64,000 nt of DNA from Candidatus Enterousia sp. (GTDB lineage Bacteria > Pseudomonadota > Alphaproteobacteria > Rs-D84): NCBI GenBank assembly GCA_045645645.1, contig JAZRJE010000017.1:3707-67706 (forward strand), in the 5' to 3' direction. The notes beneath the pieces are model-generated. The model had not been told where the DNA came from. It ran no database searches and was given only the letters and a program-made list of their open reading frames with translations. Each line of letters begins with the position of its first letter. Position 1 is the first letter of the stretch. Of this stretch, positions 1 to 9,455 are shown one piece after another. Both the position numbers and the translations under genes were made by a program.

Positions 1-518
1 TAGAAATGGTATTGTGTATGAAGAAAACAGGACATGATTGTCTGAAGAAAAGTGGGATTACATTTTGTTTGTTTCTAGCATGGCTTTTTGTTATGTTGGC
101 GGCAATTAATGTTGTTGGAACCCGTCCTCAGATTGTTTTGCAACTGTTGTTAATTATTTGTTCGGCAGATATTGGTGCGTGGTTGTTTGGTCGCATGATT
201 GGCGGTGATAAAATGTGGGAGCGCATTTCTGCGCACAAGACATGGTCTGGACAAATTGCAGGTATTATTTGTGGTGCATTGGTATATGTGTTGTACGGAA
301 TGATGCGTGGTTTACCGATTTCTTCTGCGTTTGGCATGATTTGGACAGGTATCAGTATTGCGTTATTATCACAATATGGTGATTTAACTGCCAGTTGGAT
401 TAAACGAAAAATGGGAATCAAAGACTTTGGCAATATATTACCTGGTCATGGCGGGATGTTGGATAGATTTGATGGCTGGATTTATGCGTTGCCCTTAGTT
501 TGGCTAACGATGTTGTAA
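1..518 (+). CDS. cdsA: phosphatidate cytidylyltransferase, C-terminal part; the gene begins upstream of the window
   Basis: C-terminal CdsA signature (SWIKRKMGIKDFGNILPGHGGMLDRFDG) and multiple TM helices; the ORF runs into the window edge. Confidence 0.8.
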   Translation, partial: EMVLCMKKTGHDCLKKSGITFCLFLAWLFVMLAAINVVGTRPQIVLQLLLIICSADIGAWLFGRMIGGDKMWERISAHKTWSGQIAGIICGALVYVLYGMMRGLPISSAFGMIWTGISIALLSQYGDLTASWIKRKMGIKDFGNILPGHGGMLDRFDGWIYALPLVWLTML

Positions 519-548
519 GTTGTTTGTAGAAGGAAAAGGAAGAAAGAC

Positions 549-1619
549 ATGCAAACTATTTTTACCATTATCGCGTTACTTGTCGTTTTGGGCGTTGTGG
601 TTTTTGTTCACGAACTGGGACATTTTTTAGCAGCACGTTGGGCTGGTGTACGGGTTGATACTTTTTCAATTGGATTTGGTCCAGCGATCTTTAAGTGGAC
701 AGATAAGCGTGGTACTGTATGGAAGATAGCATGTTTGCCATTGGGTGGGTATGTTTCCATTTACGGTCAGGAAGATATGTTCAATCGAAAAAAATATGCA
801 GCACTTGATTCCGAACAGAAGAAAGGTCACTATCTATCTGCCCCAGCATGGAAACAGTTTATAATAATTGCTGCTGGTGTTACGATGAATTTTGTATTGG
901 CATGGATAATATATACTTCATTATTCATGTTTCAACCACGTCTGGTTGGAAATTCTCAACTGCCAGTTGTTGGTCAAGTTATCCAAGAATCTGTCGCATT
1001 CAAAGCAGGTGTAAAGCCTGGGGATATGATTGTAAAGATAGATGATGAAAATATTTCTAACTGGGGTGATTTAATTTTGGCCAAAGAATTATCGTCAAAT
1101 CGTGATGCGAATGTTATAATTGCGCGAGGGGATAATTTGGTCCAGGTAACTTTAAGTCCTGCTGAACGTTGGGGTATGGTTGCTGATGGCAGTAAAAAAG
1201 CAGATCCAGCACGTCAAAATCTTTTTCGTGCAATGTATTCAGGTGCACGAAAAACATACTATGAGTCTAAGACATTGGTTGTTGTTTTAAAGCAAATCAT
1301 AACAGGCGAACGGTCCTCGAAACAGCTGGGGTCTTTTATAACGATTGCTCAATATTCTGGGGCAGCAATGCTGGCAGGTTTCTTTGCGTTTATCTCGCTT
1401 ATTGCGATGTTGTCAGTGAATTTAGCTATTATTAACTTGTTGCCTCTGCCTGTTTTGGATGGTGGGTATTTGTTGATATTGATGATCGAAGCGATTACGC
1501 GTCGCAAATTGCAGGGACGAGGGATGGAAATCGCGATAATGCTTGGTTGGCTGTTGATATTAGGATTGTTCATATTAACAATGTGGAATGATTTAGCACG
1601 TGTATTTGGGTGGAATTAA
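549..1619 (+). CDS. rseP: RIP zinc metalloprotease (site-2 protease) RseP
   Basis: HELGHF zinc motif near the N-terminus; PDZ-like middle region; C-terminal LDGG motif; follows cdsA as in many proteobacteria. Confidence 0.9.
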   Translation: MQTIFTIIALLVVLGVVVFVHELGHFLAARWAGVRVDTFSIGFGPAIFKWTDKRGTVWKIACLPLGGYVSIYGQEDMFNRKKYAALDSEQKKGHYLSAPAWKQFIIIAAGVTMNFVLAWIIYTSLFMFQPRLVGNSQLPVVGQVIQESVAFKAGVKPGDMIVKIDDENISNWGDLILAKELSSNRDANVIIARGDNLVQVTLSPAERWGMVADGSKKADPARQNLFRAMYSGARKTYYESKTLVVVLKQIITGERSSKQLGSFITIAQYSGAAMLAGFFAFISLIAMLSVNLAIINLLPLPVLDGGYLLILMIEAITRRKLQGRGMEIAIMLGWLLILGLFILTMWNDLARVFGWN

Positions 1620-3892
1620 GAATGAAGTATAGAAATAGTGTTTTATTTGCGTCTTTGTTATCGTTGGTTTCTCCTGTCTATGGTGCAACAATATCACGTA
1701 TTGATGTTTCTGGTAATCAGCGCATGGATGCAGAATCAGTTCGTATTTTAGCAGATGTCAATGTTGGAGATAATGTTGGAACACATCGTGCGAATGAAAT
1801 TGCAAAAAAACTACAGACATCTGGATATTTTTCCAAGATAAATGTACACGTGTCAGGAAATGTCTTGAAAATAGACGTCAGCGAGGCACCTATAATCAAT
1901 ATGGTGACAGTTGAAGGCAATGATGAAATATCTACAGATGATTTAAAAAAAGAAATAAAAACCAAAGAACGTGCCTCGTATGATGAGTCTATTATTGGTG
2001 CAGATGTTCAGCGCATGCTGACAATATATCAGCGACGTGGTTTCTTTGGTACAAAAATAGAACCTAAAAAAATCGAATTAGATGAAAATCGCGTCAATGT
2101 CGTTTATGAAGTAGTCGAAGGGCATCCAACATGGATTACAGACATAAGATTTGAAGGAAATAAAAAATTTAGTGATCGCACTTTGCGGGGTGAAATCTTG
2201 TCACGCGAACACGCATGGTGGCGCTTTATGACGCAGTTTGATACATTTGATGAAGACAGAATACAATATGATGCGCAAATGCTGCGTCAGTTTTATCTGC
2301 GTAATGGTTACGTTGATTTCGCAGTATCAGAAACAAATGGTGTTTTTACACCAGACCGACAGTATTATTCTGTCACATTCAATGTTAATGAAGGGCCAAA
2401 GTATAAAATTGGAAAATTGACTATTGATAATCCATTTCAAGATATCCCAGATGATGTATTAAATGAAACAATTGTTATGAAATCTGGTGATACATATAAC
2501 GTTGATGAAGTTGAAGAAACACTGATAAATATGCGCAGTCGGATTGCAGATTATGGTTACGCATTTATTAATATTGAGCCAATACCACAGAAAAACACAG
2601 ATGACAAAACAATCGATTTAAAATTCCAAATTCAAAAAACAAATCGCATATATTTAAATTCGATAAATATATTGGGAAATGTTCGTACGTTTGATTCTGT
2701 TATTGAACAGTTGATGCCAATGCGTGCGGGTGATCCGTTTTCATTACAGACAATCGAAGAAGCGCGTCAAAAGTTGATGCGTACACGTTATTTTAAAAAT
2801 GTTCAGATGGTTCCCACACGTGTTGCTGGTGAAAACATGATGAATCTGGATGTGCGTGTTGAAGAACAGCCTACTGGTGAATTATCGGGTGGTTTTGGTT
2901 GGTCAAACATCAATGGTTTTATGGTTGATGCTGGGATTACCGAAAACAACTTTATGGGGCGTGGTCAGGTTGTTCAAATTCGTGCATCGCTGGCAGAATA
3001 TCAGAAACAAGCCTTATTTAGTTTTACTGAACCTTACTTGTTTGGACGTCAATTATCTGGTGGTTTTGATGTTTCGTACACGATGTATGATTATTCATCG
3101 CTTGGTGGATTTGGGTATGATCGCGATTCTCTGATGTTGGCGGGGCGTATGGGGTGGCGATTGACTGATCACTGGACACAGTCTGTACGCTTATCTGCAT
3201 CGTTTGACCAGAACTATGATATCCAAGCCGAAGATGGCTGGCAAGATGCGACCTTGTTTACGTTGGGTACCAGTCTGCGTTATCATAATTTGGATACAAA
3301 TTTTGAACAGAATACTCACACAGGGGTTGTTGCGAATTTGGGTCTGGCATATACTGGTTTTGGTGGCACAGAAACGTTTATGCGATACAGTGGTGACATT
3401 ATTGGTATGGTAAAGTTCTGGAATGATAGATGGCAGTTGCGTTCATCATTGGATTTCGGTTACATTCAGCCACTGGATGATAATTATGTTTCTCGTGTTT
3501 ATCGTTATTTCTTGGGTGGGGAATCATTGCGTGGCTTTGATGTTGCGGGTGTTGGTTCACGAAATTGGTTTTATAGCACATATGCGCTGGGTGGCTTGTG
3601 GAAGATTAATGGGTCAACTCAACTGAATTTTCCAATATTTATTCCTGACGAATACCAGGTTAAGGGTTTTGTGTTTGCAGACTATGGCATGTTGGGGAAA
3701 CCGCCAAAGAAGGAATATACTTTTGCAGGTCGTCCAAATCACATTGATGACAACATTCGCACATCGGTTGGTGTTGGTATTTACTGGAACACCCCAATGG
3801 GGCCAATGAATTTCAGCTGGGGCTGGCCGTTAAAGATGACTGAATATGATCGGGAACAAAGATTCTTGCTGTCATTTGAAACCCAGTTTTAG
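1610..3892 (+). CDS. bamA: outer membrane protein assembly factor BamA (Omp85)
   Basis: 760 aa with signal peptide, POTRA-like repeats and a C-terminal beta-barrel ending in an aromatic residue (ETQF); immediately follows rseP. Confidence 0.9.
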   Translation: MELRMKYRNSVLFASLLSLVSPVYGATISRIDVSGNQRMDAESVRILADVNVGDNVGTHRANEIAKKLQTSGYFSKINVHVSGNVLKIDVSEAPIINMVTVEGNDEISTDDLKKEIKTKERASYDESIIGADVQRMLTIYQRRGFFGTKIEPKKIELDENRVNVVYEVVEGHPTWITDIRFEGNKKFSDRTLRGEILSREHAWWRFMTQFDTFDEDRIQYDAQMLRQFYLRNGYVDFAVSETNGVFTPDRQYYSVTFNVNEGPKYKIGKLTIDNPFQDIPDDVLNETIVMKSGDTYNVDEVEETLINMRSRIADYGYAFINIEPIPQKNTDDKTIDLKFQIQKTNRIYLNSINILGNVRTFDSVIEQLMPMRAGDPFSLQTIEEARQKLMRTRYFKNVQMVPTRVAGENMMNLDVRVEEQPTGELSGGFGWSNINGFMVDAGITENNFMGRGQVVQIRASLAEYQKQALFSFTEPYLFGRQLSGGFDVSYTMYDYSSLGGFGYDRDSLMLAGRMGWRLTDHWTQSVRLSASFDQNYDIQAEDGWQDATLFTLGTSLRYHNLDTNFEQNTHTGVVANLGLAYTGFGGTETFMRYSGDIIGMVKFWNDRWQLRSSLDFGYIQPLDDNYVSRVYRYFLGGESLRGFDVAGVGSRNWFYSTYALGGLWKINGSTQLNFPIFIPDEYQVKGFVFADYGMLGKPPKKEYTFAGRPNHIDDNIRTSVGVGIYWNTPMGPMNFSWGWPLKMTEYDREQRFLLSFETQF

Positions 3893-3947
3893 TCTTGACG
3901 ATATGTGTGGATTTTTCTTATAATCCAAAAAAAGGAAGGAGTGCTTT

Positions 3948-4094
3948 ATGAAAAAAGTATTACTGGGATTGTTTGTAGCATTGTGTTTAGCTGGATGTGG
4001 TCAGGTTTATGATCGTGAACCTGTTGGCGTTGGATATGACAACAATGAATTGAAGCTAAGTCCATGTGCATGTATCATGGTTTATCAGGCATAG
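3948..4094 (+). CDS. small putative lipoprotein (48 aa); not in the ORF track because it is under 60 aa
   Basis: ATG preceded by AAGGAAGGAG; MKKVLLGLFVALCLAGCG lipobox signal peptide. Confidence 0.4.
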   Translation: MKKVLLGLFVALCLAGCGQVYDREPVGVGYDNNELKLSPCACIMVYQA

Positions 4095-4127
4095 TATGCT
4101 TTCCACCGGACAAATAACGGGGGGAAA

Positions 4128-4823
4128 ATGCTGAAATATCCGGACAATTTTAACACACCAACATTTCCTGCAGGACCACGCATTGCGTTGACGCGTACGA
4201 TGGCGATTTGCGTGATGGTTGTTTTTGCATTAATTATGGTTGTGGGTGGGTTAATTTTATGGGCATCTCGTTCTCAACAGATTCATCCTTTTTTAGTATC
4301 AATTGATAAATTTACGGGTGCATGGCAGGTTGTTGGGCATGACCATGGTGAACGCACAATTACACGTAATCGTGCAATGCAGGAATCTGTTGTGGCCAAG
4401 TTTACGTCTGATTGGTTTACAGTGTCTGGTAATAATGATGAAAACAATGCGCGCTGGAATAGCCTTGCAGATAAAACCGAATGTAATTCAGATAATGCGC
4501 CACAGAACAGTCAGCTGTATTGTAATTCATCTGACGATGTTTATATGCAGTTTTCAGAAACAAAGATGCCTGAATATCAATTGCGCGCATCGAATGGTGA
4601 AACATGGTCTGTTGATGTTGATGATATATATGTTCATGCAACTGGTGATGTTAATGATAATGGTGGTACGTGGCGTGTAATAACAGAAATTGAATCTAAT
4701 ATGCAGCAAACGATTCCTGTTATCATTTATGTTACTTTAGGACGTAACAGCGAACAGTATCCACGCAGTATGGGATTTTATGTGACTGGCTTTTATGCAT
4801 ACAAAACAACAAGTGAACTATGA
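4128..4823 (+). CDS. bitopic membrane protein of unknown function (N-terminal TM helix plus ~185-aa periplasmic domain); paralog of the next gene
   Basis: One TM helix (AICVMVVFALIMVVGGLILWA). Shares the E-x-V-V-x-KF-x-[ST]-[DE]-[WY]F-x-V segment with 4820..5461. A 4-bp overlap with the next gene suggests an operon. Confidence 0.5.
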   Translation: MLKYPDNFNTPTFPAGPRIALTRTMAICVMVVFALIMVVGGLILWASRSQQIHPFLVSIDKFTGAWQVVGHDHGERTITRNRAMQESVVAKFTSDWFTVSGNNDENNARWNSLADKTECNSDNAPQNSQLYCNSSDDVYMQFSETKMPEYQLRASNGETWSVDVDDIYVHATGDVNDNGGTWRVITEIESNMQQTIPVIIYVTLGRNSEQYPRSMGFYVTGFYAYKTTSEL

Positions 4824-5461
4824 AAAAACTGATAATGTTTTTTGCTGGGTTAGTTTTATTATGCCTGACATGTGGCATGATAGTTATTAGTGCTGCGATG
4901 TATGATACTGCATCACAGCAAAGTATTGACACATTCTTTTTTCAGCCTGCAAATTTGTCTTCGCAACGCATTGGTGTGCCTGCTGCCATCAGCGATTTAA
5001 GTGACGATAAAATACGTCAGATGTTGGTTGAAAAGTTTATCACAGAATATTTTTATGTAATCCCAGATATGGTTAATGTCACCCAGCGCCTGGCTGGTGA
5101 AATAGGATTACGAAAAATGGTTTCAGAATCAGTATTTAAACAGTGGCTAAACACCGTTGGGAAGGAAATTTCGCAAATGGCATCAAACAAGTCTATGCGC
5201 ATGGTACGGGTTATTGACATGTACCTTCCTGTGGGCAGTGAAGATTGGTGGACAGTAACATATGAATTAACAACTTGGGAAAAACCAAATGAATTGATCC
5301 AAGATCCAGTGATTACACGTGGTCAAATGTCTGTTAATATGCGATACGAACATGGTTTTTGGAAAGATTCCAATGGTCATGACATTGATATTGGTGCACA
5401 ACTAGAAGCAGGTGTAGATCCATCGACACTGTTTAAGTTCAGGGTATACGGCATAGAGTAG
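4820..5461 (+). CDS. bitopic membrane protein of unknown function; paralog of 4128..4823 (a VirB8/DotI-like fold is possible but not demonstrated)
   Basis: N-terminal TM helix plus ~185-aa soluble domain; translationally coupled to the upstream gene. Confidence 0.5.
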   Translation: MKKLIMFFAGLVLLCLTCGMIVISAAMYDTASQQSIDTFFFQPANLSSQRIGVPAAISDLSDDKIRQMLVEKFITEYFYVIPDMVNVTQRLAGEIGLRKMVSESVFKQWLNTVGKEISQMASNKSMRMVRVIDMYLPVGSEDWWTVTYELTTWEKPNELIQDPVITRGQMSVNMRYEHGFWKDSNGHDIDIGAQLEAGVDPSTLFKFRVYGIE

Positions 5462-5476
5462 GGATATAAGCAAACG

Positions 5477-6247
5477 ATGATTAAAAAGATAGGAATTTTT
5501 TTTATAGCATTTTGTATTACACAGAATCTGTGGTGTGATGATTTTGATTTCAGTGAATTTGCTATCACAGACAGCGGTGATACAGATTTCTTATTAGAAG
5601 GTTTAGATATCAACGCTGGGGCAGAACCTATTGCAGTTTCTGGATTTGATATTGCTGGTGTAATGTTGGGGATGGATTTTGGTGATGTTCAAACATTATT
5701 TCTAGATTCTGGTGGACTATATGCATTGCGTCCTAAGAACAGTATTGTTTACGCCATACACAAAGATTGGAGATATAATTTAGACTATGAATGTCGTCAA
5801 AGTGGAATTTTTGTGCCTGCTGAATTGGAACAGTGTGTGCGCACTTTGGCAAAAAATCGTGGTTTATTATATGCATCTGAAATGCATATGATACGTGAAA
5901 ACACTGGTGAAACACTGGATATATATTTTACCAGCAATGCCACAGACAACGTTGTTTGGCGTGTTGTTTATAAAAATGATGTTGACGTCCTAGAAGGTGA
6001 TAATGAGAAATTCATGAATCAGCGAAATAAAAAAATATTAGCATTTTGGCAAAGTGTTTTGGATAAGTATGGCACACCTAATTCTGGTTCAGACAAATGG
6101 GCGTCGTCTGATAATGCGTATGATCCGATGATGACGGCATATTATGGTGCACTAGATTTGGTTGATAATGGTCGTAATGCAACTGACGAATCGCAAAACA
6201 TTCAACAGGCACGTGAAAACTTTAAAGCAAAACCATATGCGTTCTAA
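5477..6247 (+). CDS. secreted protein of unknown function
   Basis: Clear N-terminal signal peptide (MIKKIGIFFIAFCITQNLWC); no recognisable domain; third gene of the putative 4128..6247 operon. Confidence 0.5.
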   Translation: MIKKIGIFFIAFCITQNLWCDDFDFSEFAITDSGDTDFLLEGLDINAGAEPIAVSGFDIAGVMLGMDFGDVQTLFLDSGGLYALRPKNSIVYAIHKDWRYNLDYECRQSGIFVPAELEQCVRTLAKNRGLLYASEMHMIRENTGETLDIYFTSNATDNVVWRVVYKNDVDVLEGDNEKFMNQRNKKILAFWQSVLDKYGTPNSGSDKWASSDNAYDPMMTAYYGALDLVDNGRNATDESQNIQQARENFKAKPYAF

Positions 6248-6590
6248 GCAAAATTCTTATAAAGCGGGTCTGTATGCGGAATTTATTGCCAGACTGTTTT
6301 TGCGTCTGCATGGATTTAGAATAGTTCATAGTCGTTATATTACTGGTCGAAACACAAATCGTGCAGAAATAGATATTATTGCTAAGCGTAAAAATCTACT
6401 TGTTTTTGTTGAGGTTAAAAATCGTCCAGATATACAATCTGCTTGGGATGCGATAACTTTGGCGCAGATAAAGCGTTTGCGTGCTGCTGCAAACTCATAT
6501 TTATCAAAAAATCAGTGGGCTGGTGATGCACGGTTTGACGTTATTTCGGTATGTGGCTGTCGTATTAAGTGGTTTAAAAATTCGATATAA
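6237..6590 (+). CDS. yraN: YraN/UPF0102 family putative endonuclease
   Basis: AGLYAEFIARLFLRLHGFRIV...EIDIIAKRKNLLVFVEVKNR matches the UPF0102 (PD-(D/E)xK-like) pattern; start chosen at the internal ATG at 6237. Confidence 0.65.
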   Translation: MRSKQNSYKAGLYAEFIARLFLRLHGFRIVHSRYITGRNTNRAEIDIIAKRKNLLVFVEVKNRPDIQSAWDAITLAQIKRLRAAANSYLSKNQWAGDARFDVISVCGCRIKWFKNSI

Positions 6591-6661
6591 AGATTTGCAT
6601 ATTGTTTAAACCTGATTTATAATGGGTATGTTTTCATAGAAAAACAAAAAAAGGAGACATT

Positions 6662-6811
6662 ATGAAAAAAGTATTATTAGCATTATTTGCTGTTATGACA
6701 TTGGCTGCATGTACAGGTTCATACAAATCTGGCAATTGTGAATATGATTTCTTGTTGCACAAAGATATTTCAGTTTCAAAAATCATTGGCAATATGACTG
6801 GTGGTTGTTAA
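6662..6811 (+). CDS. small putative lipoprotein (49 aa); under 60 aa so absent from the ORF track
   Basis: AAAGGAGACATTATG RBS and start; MKKVLLALFAVMTLAACTG lipobox; followed by a terminator hairpin. Confidence 0.4.
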   Translation: MKKVLLALFAVMTLAACTGSYKSGNCEYDFLLHKDISVSKIIGNMTGGC

Positions 6812-6842
6812 TAAAAATCCCCCAAATAAGGGGGATTTTTAT
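6812..6842. terminator. bidirectional intrinsic terminator (ATCCCCC stem family)
   Basis: aaaaATCCCCCaaataaGGGGGATtttt hairpin flanked by A and T runs, between the small lipoprotein gene (+) and tRNA-Leu (-). Confidence 0.6.
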
Positions 6843-6853
6843 TGTTAAAAACT

Positions 6854-6938
<85 letters not shown>

Positions 6939-7057
6939 TTTATCGATGTATATTATAACACAAAAAACGTACTTTTTACATTTTATGATAAAATTTACTT
7001 GATTTCCAGTAAAATTTAACATAAAATCAGGCGCAGAATAATTAAAAGGCGAATAAA

Positions 7058-7237
7058 ATGGCATCTAAAAAAGGCAGCAAAGAAGTTGTAAAGCTGGAAA
7101 ACAAGGAAACTGGCTTCTTTTACACAACTACTAAAAATACCAAGTCAGAAAGAACAGCTGGCAAAATGAAATTCCGCAAATATGATCCAAAACTGCGTAA
7201 GCATGTTGTGTTCACAGAAGCGAAAATGCCACACTAA
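7058..7237 (+). CDS. rpmG: 50S ribosomal protein L33
   Basis: 59-aa product MASKKGSKEVVKLENKETGFFYTTTKNTKSE...KFRKYDPKLRKHVVFTEAKM matches L33 (HFYTTTKN, RKYDP). Absent from the ORF track because it is under 60 aa. Confidence 0.9.
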   Translation: MASKKGSKEVVKLENKETGFFYTTTKNTKSERTAGKMKFRKYDPKLRKHVVFTEAKMPH

Positions 7238-7256
7238 TGGCGTTTGCAGGTATTGA

Positions 7257-7290
7257 TAAAAATCCCCCAATTGGGGGATTTTTATTTTTT
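7257..7290 (+). terminator. intrinsic terminator after rpmG (ATCCCCC stem family)
   Basis: aaaaATCCCCCaattGGGGGATttttattttttt. Confidence 0.65.
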
Positions 7291-7296
7291 TACTTC

Positions 7297-8010
7297 TTAT
7301 TTCTGTTTCTGAATCATATTCTTTAAAAACATATCTACAGGAACTGGTGCGGCGACCGTTGGTCCCATCTGTCCATTATAGTGGCTGGTTGGATTTTTGT
7401 CATATGGTTTACGTACACCTGTAAACTCCTTAAAGTATATTTGGCCGATGCGCATATACGGATACACAACCGTTGGATACAATACATGTATTTCCAATGT
7501 CCATTGACCACAGAATCCATCGTCACCACGACCTGCAGTGTGATGGTTTAATATAAAATTGCGTCCAATGCTGGATTTACCGTCGATTTCCGGGAACAGG
7601 TTGCGCGTTTCTGTATATTCAACTGTTGACCCCAGATATCCAACGTCTGGTGATAAAATCAGTCCAGTTTCTGGGATTTTTATATCGACTGTTTCATGGT
7701 GCGCAGGGTTTGTCGGATCAATCAAATAACGTGGATTTCTGATATCGTATTCATTTGGGTTTGTACGATACATTTCATAGCGTGTGCTATACTCGAACCA
7801 GTCTTTCATTGAGTGCAGACTTGGGGCGCCTTTATATTCAATAGCAGGTTTCATTCCAAACGGAATGGTGTGCTTGTAAACCTTTAAAGTATCTGCTAAA
7901 TGCAAATCATAACTATTAGAGCCCAAACATCTTTCATCAAAGGGTTGAATTACAATATCAGGGTTATCTCCTTGCATTCTTTTTTGAATTTCTGGTCCGG
8001 TTAACAGCAT
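7297..8010 (-). CDS. dcd: dCTP deaminase family protein (long form)
   Basis: GKSSIGRNFILNHHTAGRGDDGFCGQWTLEIH resembles the Dcd motif GRSSLARLGL..H.TA..IDPG..G..TLE. Start set at the internal Met (MLLTGPEIQ) at 8010; the longer ORF start would overlap the era promoter region. Confidence 0.6.
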   Translation of the reverse strand: MLLTGPEIQKRMQGDNPDIVIQPFDERCLGSNSYDLHLADTLKVYKHTIPFGMKPAIEYKGAPSLHSMKDWFEYSTRYEMYRTNPNEYDIRNPRYLIDPTNPAHHETVDIKIPETGLILSPDVGYLGSTVEYTETRNLFPEIDGKSSIGRNFILNHHTAGRGDDGFCGQWTLEIHVLYPTVVYPYMRIGQIYFKEFTGVRKPYDKNPTSHYNGQMGPTVAAPVPVDMFLKNMIQKQK

Positions 8011-8121
8011 TTTGAATCCTTTTGTGTTGTCAGCCCTTCCTACATCAACATTATGAAAAAACACACATATAAAAGCAAGATTTTTGTTCACTTTTGATTT
8101 TGGTGTGCTATGGTTTTTCAC

Positions 8122-9018
8122 ATGACAGAAAAAACATATTCCGGCTTTATTGCCATTATCGGCCCGACCAATGCGGGCAAAAGTACATTATTGAACCAAA
8201 TCATGGGACGCAAGGTATCCATTGTCTCGCACAAGGTGCAAACAACCAGAACTCGTTTGCGTGCGGTGAAAATGGTTGGCGCGCGCCAGTTGATATTTGT
8301 TGATACGCCAGGCGTTTTTAAGCCGTCACGTCGTCTGGACCGTGCTATGGTTGCGGCTGCAATGGATGCTGTGTCCGATGCAGACGCTGTATTGTTGCTG
8401 GTTGACGCACAAAAGGGGATAACCGAAACAATTCGTGCGCTGTCAGAAAAGGTCAAGGATTGTCCAAACATATTTGTTGCCTTGAACAAGGTTGATGCAA
8501 TCGCAAAATTGGAACTGTTGCCGATGGTAGCAGAATTGAATTCATTGGCGCCATGGCGTGAAATATTTATGATTTCTGCGCTGAAAAATGATGGTGTGGA
8601 AAAGATGTTGCATGCATTGGCAGATGTTATGCCAGAAAGCCCATACCTGTTTGATACAGTTGACGCACCTGACGTGCCAGATGAATTATATTTATCTGAA
8701 TTGACCCGAGAAAAGGTTTATAAATATATTCACCAAGAATTACCATACCATATTAACGTTGTCACCGAACGTGTTGATGTTGATAGCGATGGGGTTTTGG
8801 ATATATACCAGAAGATTGCTGTACAAAGTGACGCACATAAAAAGATAGTAGTAGGCAAGGGGGGCGAACAGTTAAAGCGTATTGGTACTGCCGCCCGTCA
8901 TGATATCCAAGACCAGTGGGACGTCAATGCACGCCTGCATTTGTTTGTGCGTGTCGAACCCGACTGGGAAGAAAAGGCCGAAAACTATATCGACCAGGGT
9001 CTGGAATTTAAGAAGTAA
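8122..9018 (+). CDS. era: GTPase Era
   Basis: GFIAIIGPTNAGKSTLLN G1 motif, DTPG, NKVD, C-terminal KH domain; the ORF could alternatively start at 8110. Confidence 0.9.
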   Translation: MTEKTYSGFIAIIGPTNAGKSTLLNQIMGRKVSIVSHKVQTTRTRLRAVKMVGARQLIFVDTPGVFKPSRRLDRAMVAAAMDAVSDADAVLLLVDAQKGITETIRALSEKVKDCPNIFVALNKVDAIAKLELLPMVAELNSLAPWREIFMISALKNDGVEKMLHALADVMPESPYLFDTVDAPDVPDELYLSELTREKVYKYIHQELPYHINVVTERVDVDSDGVLDIYQKIAVQSDAHKKIVVGKGGEQLKRIGTAARHDIQDQWDVNARLHLFVRVEPDWEEKAENYIDQGLEFKK

Positions 9019-9030
9019 AAGAGGATTTAA

Positions 9031-9453
9031 ATGAAATTTTACAAAAAAGTATTACTAACATTATCTTCTGCAGGTATCATGACCGCATGCAGCAACAAAG
9101 AAGACGACGCAAAAACATTGCCCCAGGTTAAAGCAGTGATTGTACAACAGGCTTACGATGCAGGCCGTTTTTACGGGGTCTATTGCGATATTGACGGAGA
9201 TGGCCTGATTGATAGAGAGGTTCGTATCACAAGAACCATTTTTGATAATTATTATCAATCCTTGGGAAAAGCGATACGTATTGGCGACACGATAAAGTAT
9301 TATACTGCAACGCCAGATAAGTTGCATATTAAAATTAGGCATTCAGAAAAATATCCAGCTACTATAAACAATCGTTCAATTGACCAGATTGCAGATAGCT
9401 TAAAGTATCAACGTAAACTTGCCGAATTACGTCAAAAAGCCAAAGTACACTAA
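9031..9453 (+). CDS. putative lipoprotein, unknown function
   Basis: Signal peptide with lipobox (GIMTACS); 140 aa; no recognised domain. Confidence 0.45.
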   Translation: MKFYKKVLLTLSSAGIMTACSNKEDDAKTLPQVKAVIVQQAYDAGRFYGVYCDIDGDGLIDREVRITRTIFDNYYQSLGKAIRIGDTIKYYTATPDKLHIKIRHSEKYPATINNRSIDQIADSLKYQRKLAELRQKAKVH

Positions 9454-9455
9454 AC

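Noticed and set aside
6-518. ORF-track start at position 6 for cdsA
   Set aside because: The CdsA homology begins at the very first codons and the protein would be far too short; the Met at 6 is internal and the gene starts upstream of the window.
8094-8303. 69-aa ORF overlapping the era start and the dcd upstream region
   Set aside because: In a different frame from era, with no RBS and an unremarkable translation; the divergent dcd/era promoter region explains the sequence.
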